In this document: positions 57,039 to 64,000 of the stretch, in pieces
Position numbering within the stretch: the first letter of the stretch is position 1
Layout of the letters: each line of letters starts with the position of its first letter
Notes under the pieces: generated by a model
What the model was told of the DNA's origin: nothing
What the model saw: only the letters and a program-made list of their open reading frames with translations
The model's database searches: none
Program-made: the position numbers and the translations under genes
NCBI GenBank assembly: GCA_902489135.1
Contig: CABTYW010000001.1
Span: 6,734-70,733 of the forward strand
Length of the DNA stretch: 64,000 nt
Direction: 5' to 3'
Source of the DNA: an uncultured Synergistaceae bacterium
GTDB taxonomy: Bacteria > Synergistota > Synergistia > Synergistales > Dethiosulfovibrionaceae

Positions 57039-57707
57039 ATGAAATCCTACGTTCAAACTGCCGCAGACATCGTTTATCATGAACTGCGCAGACAAATCAT
57101 CGCGAAAAAGCGACACCCCGGCGATCGCCTCCCCGAGGAAAGCATCGCGCGAGAGCTTGACGTCAGCCGCACGCCCGTGCGCGAAGCCATTCGCCGTCTT
57201 GCCACCGAAGGGCTTGTCACCCTCATTCCCAACGTGGGCGCCCGCCTCGCCAACCCGGGGCGGCAGGAGATCATCGACACCTATGAAGTGCGTGAATACC
57301 TGGAATGTCTCGCTGCGCGCAAAGCCGCCGTCAACATCACCGACGCTCAGGCGGCGGCGCTTCAGGAAGCCATCGACGAAGAAGCCGAGATCTTCGCGCA
57401 GAAAAATTTCGACGCCTATCTGGAAATCAACAATCGCTTTCACCGCAGACTGGCCCAGAGCTCAGGCAATCCCGTACTGGCGTCCTACGTCGCCAACCTT
57501 TTGGCGCGTACCAGCGTGTTCATGATCTTTTACGACTCCTTTTTCGACATGAAGACCAATCCCAGCCTCGACGAACACCGCGCGCTGCTGAAAGCTCTGC
57601 TGGCCCACGAAGCCGACCGGGCGGAACAGCTCATGAAAGTTCACCTGATGCTGTCGGCCACGTCGCTGAAAAGCAACGAAGGCCTCACCGTCGGCCTGGA
57701 GCCCTAA
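57039..57707 (+). CDS. GntR family transcriptional regulator (FCD domain)
   Basis: VSRTPVREAIRRLATEGLV; NNRFHRRL...SGNP...EHRALL; AGGGGGAG RBS. Confidence 0.93.
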   Translation: MKSYVQTAADIVYHELRRQIIAKKRHPGDRLPEESIARELDVSRTPVREAIRRLATEGLVTLIPNVGARLANPGRQEIIDTYEVREYLECLAARKAAVNITDAQAAALQEAIDEEAEIFAQKNFDAYLEINNRFHRRLAQSSGNPVLASYVANLLARTSVFMIFYDSFFDMKTNPSLDEHRALLKALLAHEADRAEQLMKVHLMLSATSLKSNEGLTVGLEP

Positions 57708-58642
57708 GGGAGGCGGAGAAAAGACCTGTATGGCGTCCTTTTTCCGTGGTGTGCCGACGCGGCTTCTCCCACTGAAAATGCGCGCCCGGCGTGCACGCGG
57801 CGGTCATGTGAGAGGAAATTTCATCGTTCGGTCAGAAAAACGGGAGAAAATCGGAAAAATCCCCGTCCTTCGAGTGTCCCGACCTTCCCGCCGCTTCGGC
57901 GGCAGCGCTTTTTCGGCAACGCCGCGAGATCTTTTACGCTGAACCGACGAGGCGTACAAAAGATATTTCCGTTCCGATCCGATCACTTCCGGCGCTGAAA
58001 CGGCATTTTGGCCCCATCTCGGCATCCCTGTCAAAGAGATGCCGTATTTTTATGGATATCCTCCGACGGATAGCCGCGAAAAAAACTGCGCCGCGGTCAC
58101 CATGTCGCCCTCTGACGGTCGCCCCGTCGGCGGTGCCTCGGGGCTGGAAAAGGGGCGCAAAATTGTACGGAATCGCTCCCCGCTTGAGCTGATGCCGCTT
58201 ACAAAAGCGGAAATGGCTTTCAATCGGTGAAATCGCCCGGCGACGGGGCCATGACGGTGACGAAAAAAACATCCCGTTATAAAATAAGCGTCTTCCCTGA
58301 TGTTTTTTCGGCGCAGCGGCGCATGCAGAAACGCCGGCTTCTTTTACAGCGCGGGGAAAGCGCCCGACAAGCCGGCGCGCTTCCCTTGTATGAGAAGAGA
58401 TGACTTGAGAAGTTCCCCGCCCTGCCGCTGCTGGAATAAAGCAGCGAAAGAACGCCCGACGGACGTGGGACACGGTTGAGATCGTCCGCCTCCTTGACGG
58501 CGCGTCGTTCCTGCCGCACTCCCGCACCGCCTTCGCCGAGGCCGGCGACGGGGCCGTTGCGCCCATAAACAAGGCTTCGCCCCAAAGCGCCGATCCACTT
58601 TCAAAACGGGGAGAGAACTGTTGCGAAAGGAAGTGTACGCCT

Positions 58643-60178
58643 TTGAACGTTCAGATTGTCTTGGGCATTTTCTGCGTCCTGCTGCTCATCGCCGGCGTTG
58701 GCCTGTGGTCGGGCAGAAAGGTCAGGAACGAAAAGGACTTTATCACCGGCGGCGGACGCGCCGGCACCGGTCTGGTGTTCGGAGCCCTGATGGGGAGTCT
58801 TGTCAGCAGCCAGGCGACAATGGGTTCCGTTCAACTGGCCTTTCATTATGGACTGGCGGCGTGGTGGTTCACTCTCGGTTCGGGCATCGGTTGCCTGCTG
58901 CTGGCCCTGGGATATGTGAGGGCGCTTCGCGCCAGCGGTTGCGTCACTGTGATGCAAATCATCGCCGGCGAATACGGCACCACCGCGGAGCGCCTCGGCG
59001 CCGTTCTCAGCGCTGCGGGAATTTTCATCACCGTCCTGGCTCAGGTTATTGCCTGCATCGGGTTGATAACTCTTATGTTCCCGGCGCTTTCCCCTCTGCA
59101 GGCCGCGATGGTGTCGACGGCGATGATGTGCTGTTATATACTCTTCGGCGGAGCCTGGGGAGCGGGAATGGGCGGCACGGTCAAAACAGGGCTGCTCTGC
59201 CTGTCGCTTTTCGGCGGCATGGTCATGGTGTTCCGTTTGGAAGGCGGAATTTCGCCGCTGATGAATTCGCTGAAAGGGCTGCTGGCTGCAACGCCTCTCG
59301 GGACCGTCCAGAGCGCGGCGGCCGGTGTGCCCGACATCACCGATTTCAGCGGAATTTCTTCGCGCTTTCTCAGTCTGACGGCGCGCGGCGCGGCCAAAAA
59401 CGCCGCTTCCTGTTTATCGCTGGTGTTGGGCGTCATCTCCACGCAAACCTACGCTCAGGCGGTATGGAGCGCACGCAGTGACACCGATGCCCGAAGGGGC
59501 GCGCTGCTCAGCGCCTTTCTCATTCCGCCCCTGGGAATTGCGGGAATTTTCATCGGACTTTTCATGCGTGCGCATTATATTACCGGCGCCGAGGTCGCGG
59601 CGCTGAAAGCGGCGGGACTGGTCGTTCCCGACCTTCCCGTGCTGAACAGCACGCTTCACGCGCTACCCGCCTTCCTCGTTGACCGTCTGCCGCCCCTTTG
59701 GGCAGGCGCCGGGTTGGGAACGCTGCTCATCGCCGTCGTCGGCGGGGGCGCAGGACTGGCGCTGGGCATGGCCACCGTTCTGGTGAAAGATTTGAGGTTG
59801 CGCGCGGTAAAACACACGGGCGCGGCGCAGGAGCTCCGTGCCCTGCGATGGGCCGTTGCCGCTGTTCTGATCGGCGCGGCCGTCATGGCCGTGGCCCTTC
59901 CCGATGCCATGCTCAACGATTTCGGCTTTCTTTCCATGGGGCTGCGCGGCACGGCCGTCTGCGCTCCCATGACCTGTGCGCTGGTTCTTAAGGGACGGCT
60001 GCGGCCGTCCTTCATCGTGGCGTCAATGACCCTGGGGACCGCGGCTGTGGCGGCGGGGCGCTTTTTAGACCGGGACTCGCTGATGTCGGGCATGGCGGTC
60101 TCCGTTCTCTGCTGCCTTGCAGGATTGCTTTTTCCGCCCGACGGAAAAACCCTTTTGTCCTCTCGACGCCGAAGCTGA
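58643..60178 (+). CDS. Sodium:solute symporter (SSS) family protein
   Basis: DFITGGG, TMGSVQLAFHYGLAAWW, YILFGG, TQTYAQAVWSARSD; about 13 TMs; TTG start after AAGGAAG. Confidence 0.85.
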   Translation: MNVQIVLGIFCVLLLIAGVGLWSGRKVRNEKDFITGGGRAGTGLVFGALMGSLVSSQATMGSVQLAFHYGLAAWWFTLGSGIGCLLLALGYVRALRASGCVTVMQIIAGEYGTTAERLGAVLSAAGIFITVLAQVIACIGLITLMFPALSPLQAAMVSTAMMCCYILFGGAWGAGMGGTVKTGLLCLSLFGGMVMVFRLEGGISPLMNSLKGLLAATPLGTVQSAAAGVPDITDFSGISSRFLSLTARGAAKNAASCLSLVLGVISTQTYAQAVWSARSDTDARRGALLSAFLIPPLGIAGIFIGLFMRAHYITGAEVAALKAAGLVVPDLPVLNSTLHALPAFLVDRLPPLWAGAGLGTLLIAVVGGGAGLALGMATVLVKDLRLRAVKHTGAAQELRALRWAVAAVLIGAAVMAVALPDAMLNDFGFLSMGLRGTAVCAPMTCALVLKGRLRPSFIVASMTLGTAAVAAGRFLDRDSLMSGMAVSVLCCLAGLLFPPDGKTLLSSRRRS

Positions 60179-60245
60179 AGACGGTTTTTCTCAAAACCCG
60201 ACCGTTTTCCTTCCGACCGCTCTTTTTGTAATGTCTTCCCATCAT

Positions 60246-60294
60246 AAAATGTGGAGCCCGACAAACGTCTGTTTGTCGGGCTCCACATTTTTTT
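60246..60294. terminator. Bidirectional terminator
   Basis: 21-bp perfect stem AAAATGTGGAGCCCGACAAAC / GTTTGTCGGGCTCCACATTTT between convergent genes. Confidence 0.85.
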
Positions 60295-60305
60295 CGTGCG
60301 GCGCG

Positions 60306-61043
60306 TTACGAAGTTTCGGCAGTCCTCCGGGCATTCGTCTCCGCCAAAAATTTTGTCACTTCGGCGGCCAGCTCCCGCGGGCAGTCGTACATGACGGCAT
60401 GTCCGGCGCTGAAAAGACGAAACTTCGCGCGAGGCATCGCGGCGGCAATTTTTCGCCCTTCCTCGGGAGGAAAGAGAATATCCCGGTCGCCGGCGCAAAC
60501 CAGCGTTGAAACATGAATTCGAGGCAGAAGTTCCAACAGCGGCGGCACGGCTTTCAGCGCCCGGCGCTGGGCGTTCCAGCGACGTGCATTGCTCTGCGCT
60601 TTGTCCGTAATGAGGCGAATAAAACGCTCCGCCGCCGCAGGGTGAACGCGCAGCGACTGCGGCATGACGGCCCCCATGAGCAGACGATACCAGAGCGGCC
60701 ACGGGTCGTTGAGCAGACGGTTTTGGACGTCGGAGCGGCGCGCCAGCGACTTCTGATCGGCGCAGGCGGAACACAGCACCAGAGCGCTGATCAGTTGGGG
60801 GCGTTTCAGCGCCAGACGCAGCGCCGCATCGGCGCCCATGGACCAGCCCAGCACGGCGCAGGGCTCGCCGCGCTCTTCGATCATGCGGCTTGCCGAAACC
60901 ACGGCGCGCTCGAAGGAATAGTCCTGCGGCGGTTGGTAAAAGTGCGGCTCCGCGCCGCCCTTTTTCAGCGCCGTCACAAAGGCATCTCCCCAGCACCGGG
61001 CGTCGCCCGTCAACCCCGGCAGCAGAAGCAGCGGGACCTTCAC
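60306..61043 (-). CDS. Alpha/beta fold hydrolase
   Basis: LLPGLTGD, GWSMG nucleophile elbow, GDRDILFP, AGHA; GTG start after AAGGA, 7 bp after lpdA stop. Confidence 0.85.
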   Translation of the reverse strand: MKVPLLLLPGLTGDARCWGDAFVTALKKGGAEPHFYQPPQDYSFERAVVSASRMIEERGEPCAVLGWSMGADAALRLALKRPQLISALVLCSACADQKSLARRSDVQNRLLNDPWPLWYRLLMGAVMPQSLRVHPAAAERFIRLITDKAQSNARRWNAQRRALKAVPPLLELLPRIHVSTLVCAGDRDILFPPEEGRKIAAAMPRAKFRLFSAGHAVMYDCPRELAAEVTKFLAETNARRTAETS

Positions 61044-61050
61044 CGGGGTT

Positions 61051-62406
61051 CTATCCTTCGGCAATTCTCCGGCAGGCGTCGCGGAAGCACTCGCACAGCG
61101 TGGGATGGGCGTGAATGGCATCGGCCACGTCGCGGGCCGTCAGTCCCTTGGCCACGGCGATGGCCGGCTCGCCCAACAGGGAAGCAGCCTCGGGGCCCAT
61201 AATGTGCACGCCCAAAAGGACGCCGTCGGCTTTGCGTGCCACCACTTTGACGAAACCGTCGCTTTCACCCATGGCCAGAGCCATGCCGTTGGCGGCAAAG
61301 TAGGCGCGCGAGGTCACGCAGTCGATGCCGCGGATCTTCGCTTCTTCTTCGGTCAAACCCACGGTTCCCACTTCGGGGTCGATGAACACGCAAGCGGGCA
61401 GCGCGTCGAGGTTGACGGTGTAATGGCCGCCGGTCATGCTGTCCACGGCGGCCATGGCCTGGTATTCGGCCAGATGGGCCAGCATGGCGCCGCCGGTGCA
61501 GTCTCCGAGAGCCCAAACGCCGTCGATGGACGTGCGCATTCCGCTGTCCACGGCAATGCAGCCCTTTTCGATTTTCAGATCTCCGTTTTCGAGGCCGAAA
61601 CCTTCGAGGATGGGAACCATGCTGGACGCCAGAATCAGGCGGTCGCAGCGCTCTTCAAAGGGCTCGTCCTTGGAGGTGCCGCGAAGGATGAGACCGTCGC
61701 CGTCACGGACGGCTTCTTTCAGCCTCACGTAGTCTTTGACGACGGTCTTGCGGCGCTTGACGATCTGGGCGACTTTTTTCTTGACGTCGCCGTCGAGGCG
61801 CCGCAGGATCTGGTCGGAATGTTTCAGCAGAATGACTTTTTTGCCGAGGCCCTGAAGGATCATGCCCATTTCCAGAGCAATGACGCCGGCGCCCAGCACG
61901 GCCACCGTCTGAACGGCGCCGTTGCGGTCGGGATCCCAGAGCTGCGGGTCGGTGATAGCCCAATCTCCCGTCAGCACCTGCGGCAGGTCGTTGCCCGCGA
62001 AGTCGGGGCGGACTGAACGCGCGCCCACGGCGACGAGAAGGCGCTGGCCCTCGATTTCCTCGGTTGTGCCGTCGGCGCAGGTCACCGTCAGCTTTTTCGT
62101 GCCGTTCCACTGGGTGACGACGCCCGTGCCCGCCAGTACTTTGACGCCGGCCATCTTCATGATCCGCGCGTTGCCGCCGCGCAGAGTTTCAATGACGCCT
62201 TCGAGACGGCTCCACAGGCCCTCGCGAGCGCCTTTGCCGCCGATGACGTGGCTGTACAGCGCTTTGGTGGGAATGCAGCCGCGATTGAGGCAGGTGCCGC
62301 CCAGATGGGCTTTCTCCACCAGAGCCACCTGCATGCCGCGGCGGGACGCCAGTTCAGCCGCACGGGTTCCGCCGGGGCCGCCGCCGAGAACGATGAGATC
62401 ATACAT
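61051..62406 (-). CDS. lpdA: Dihydrolipoyl dehydrogenase (glycine cleavage L protein)
   Basis: GGGPGG, GGTCLNRGCIPTK redox disulfide, HAHPTLCE. Confidence 0.9.
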   Translation of the reverse strand: MYDLIVLGGGPGGTRAAELASRRGMQVALVEKAHLGGTCLNRGCIPTKALYSHVIGGKGAREGLWSRLEGVIETLRGGNARIMKMAGVKVLAGTGVVTQWNGTKKLTVTCADGTTEEIEGQRLLVAVGARSVRPDFAGNDLPQVLTGDWAITDPQLWDPDRNGAVQTVAVLGAGVIALEMGMILQGLGKKVILLKHSDQILRRLDGDVKKKVAQIVKRRKTVVKDYVRLKEAVRDGDGLILRGTSKDEPFEERCDRLILASSMVPILEGFGLENGDLKIEKGCIAVDSGMRTSIDGVWALGDCTGGAMLAHLAEYQAMAAVDSMTGGHYTVNLDALPACVFIDPEVGTVGLTEEEAKIRGIDCVTSRAYFAANGMALAMGESDGFVKVVARKADGVLLGVHIMGPEAASLLGEPAIAVAKGLTARDVADAIHAHPTLCECFRDACRRIAEG

Positions 62407-62513
62407 GTGTTTCCCTCCTGTTATGCCGCAACATCAACAAAAGAAAGGCGCCGCAGGGAGCCGCCTGTGGCGAAAAATCCCCGCGGCGCAATGGCTTCGC
62501 GTTTTTTCTTTTT

Positions 62514-63983
62514 TTACTCGTCAAAGGGCCAGCGCAACACGGGATGACGCGCCGCCTCGGTTTCATCGGGACGGGAGATCACCGTGCTCAGAGGTTTGGC
62601 ATGGAATCCCTCGGCGCCCTTGGCCTTCGCTTCGTCAACGATATTTTTGAGCGCCTCCACAAAGCCGTCAAGGGTTTCCTTGGACTCCGTCTCGGTGGGC
62701 TCGATCATCAAAGCTTCATGGACGATCAGCGGGAAATAGGTCGTGGGCGGATGATAGCCGGCGTCGATCAGGCCTTTGGCCACATCCAGCGTGGACACGT
62801 CGGTTTCGCGCTTCAACGCGCTGCCGTCGGCGACGAACTCGTGCTTGCAGAAGCCCTTTACCGCCAGCGGGTAGAACTCTTTCACCCGCGCGGCCAGATA
62901 GTTGGCGTTCAGCACGGCCACGTCGGAAACTTCCTTCAGTCCGGCGGCGCCCAGGCTGCGAACGTAGGTGTAGGCGCGCACCAGCACGCCGAAATTGCCG
63001 TAGAAGCTGCGGACGCTGCCGATGCTTTCGGGATGGCGGTCCATGCCTTCAAGAGCATAGCGGCCGTCCCCGCAGACCACAATGGGCGTGGGCAGATAGG
63101 GCACCAGTTCTTTTTTGACGCCCACCGCGCCCGCGCCGGGACCGCCGCCGCCATGGGGCGTGCTGAAGGTCTTGTGGAGGTTCAGGTGAAGGACGTCGAA
63201 GCCCATGTCGCCGGGGCGAACCTGTCCCACAATGGCGTTGGCGTTGGCGCCGTCGTAGTAGCACAGCCCGCCGGCCTTGTGGATCATGTCGGTGAGCTCG
63301 AGGATGTGCTTCTCGAAGATGCCCAGCGTGTTGGGATTGGTCAGCATGAGGCCGGCGATGCTGTCGTCCATCAGCTTGGACAGTTCGTTGAGATCCACCA
63401 TGCCGTCCTCATCGGAAGGCACGGCCACGGGGATAAAACCCGTGACTGCCGCCGAGGCGGGGTTGGTGCCGTGAGCGGAGTCGGGCACGATAATTTTGGT
63501 GCGCTTGAAGTCACCGCGCGCTTCGTGGTACTTTTTGATGAGCATCAGGCCCGTCTGTTCGCCGTGAGCGCCGGCGGCGGGCTGAAGGGTAACGGCAGCC
63601 ATGCCGGTAATCTCCGCCAGCATGGAGGACAGATCGTACATCAGACCGAGAGCGCCCTGCACCGTGCTTTCGGGCTGAAGCGGGTGAATGCGGGCGAAGC
63701 CGGGCAGACGCGCCGCGACTTCGTTGATCTTGGGATTGTACTTCATGGTGCAGGAACCCAGAGGATAGAAGCCTTCGTCCACGGAGAAGTTGAGATGGGA
63801 CAGGCGCGTGAAGTGGCGAATGACGTCGACCTCCGCCATCTCCGGCAAACGTGCCGGCTCGGTGCGGGCCATGGCGCCGAAGACGCTCTGCGCCGAAACG
63901 GCGGGAACGTCAAGGGCGGGCAGCGAGTAACCGATGCGGCCGGGGCGGCTGGCTTCAAAGAGAGTTTCAACAGAGCGGAGCAT
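62514..63983 (-). CDS. gcvPB: Glycine dehydrogenase (decarboxylating) subunit 2, canonical
   Basis: [59 protein letters not shown]. Confidence 0.95.
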   Translation of the reverse strand: MLRSVETLFEASRPGRIGYSLPALDVPAVSAQSVFGAMARTEPARLPEMAEVDVIRHFTRLSHLNFSVDEGFYPLGSCTMKYNPKINEVAARLPGFARIHPLQPESTVQGALGLMYDLSSMLAEITGMAAVTLQPAAGAHGEQTGLMLIKKYHEARGDFKRTKIIVPDSAHGTNPASAAVTGFIPVAVPSDEDGMVDLNELSKLMDDSIAGLMLTNPNTLGIFEKHILELTDMIHKAGGLCYYDGANANAIVGQVRPGDMGFDVLHLNLHKTFSTPHGGGGPGAGAVGVKKELVPYLPTPIVVCGDGRYALEGMDRHPESIGSVRSFYGNFGVLVRAYTYVRSLGAAGLKEVSDVAVLNANYLAARVKEFYPLAVKGFCKHEFVADGSALKRETDVSTLDVAKGLIDAGYHPPTTYFPLIVHEALMIEPTETESKETLDGFVEALKNIVDEAKAKGAEGFHAKPLSTVISRPDETEAARHPVLRWPFDE

Positions 63984-64000
63984 CAGCGGTCACCTCCTGC
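63983..64000 (-). CDS. 3' end of upstream gene, probably canonical gcvPA (truncated by window edge)
   Basis: Minus strand ...GGA GGT GAC CGC TGA overlapping the gcvPB ATG (TGATG); identity inferred from usual gene order only. Confidence 0.35.
   Translation of the reverse strand, partial: AGGDR

Noticed and set aside
451..62650. Many long antisense or alternate-frame ORFs (e.g. 451-1953, 2893-4242, 34137-35723, 47607-49139, 50012-51643, 51650-52987, 59656-60996)
   Set aside because: They shadow well-supported genes, lack motifs and RBSs, and are expected from high GC3 codon bias.

Overview
GC-rich (roughly 60% by eye) bacterial chromosomal window from an anaerobic amino-acid/peptide fermenter; gene content and style suggest Synergistota (Pyramidobacter-like), which is an inference only. 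I saw no rRNA, tRNA, CRISPR array or mobile element. In order, the window holds: a Dpp/Opp-type ABC importer operon continuing into GntR, a UroD-fold protein, a YhaM/CdsB-like dehydratase and EamA; a divergent M32 carboxypeptidase; guaB; a FeoA-FeoB-Cys-rich fusion; several transporters (YitT, ZIP, BrnQ, EamA); RidA; an FAD oxidoreductase / ligand-less rubrerythrin-VIT1-like / nudC operon; livKHMGF; a two-gene GltD-like flavoprotein + [FeFe]-hydrogenase module; a two-component system upstream of an LtaS/sulfatase-family enzyme and an ICMT-family methyltransferase; and the 3' end of the canonical glycine cleavage operon (gcvPB-lpdA). The best candidate for an undescribed system is a second, divergent GcvPA/GcvPB pair at 51374-54370. 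Its active-site motifs are remodelled, and it sits with two SDRs and an AcoX-like ATP-NAD-kinase-family gene under its own sigma70 promoter with GntR-type operator candidates. This suggests a lipoyl/PLP-dependent cleavage pathway for a substrate other than glycine.
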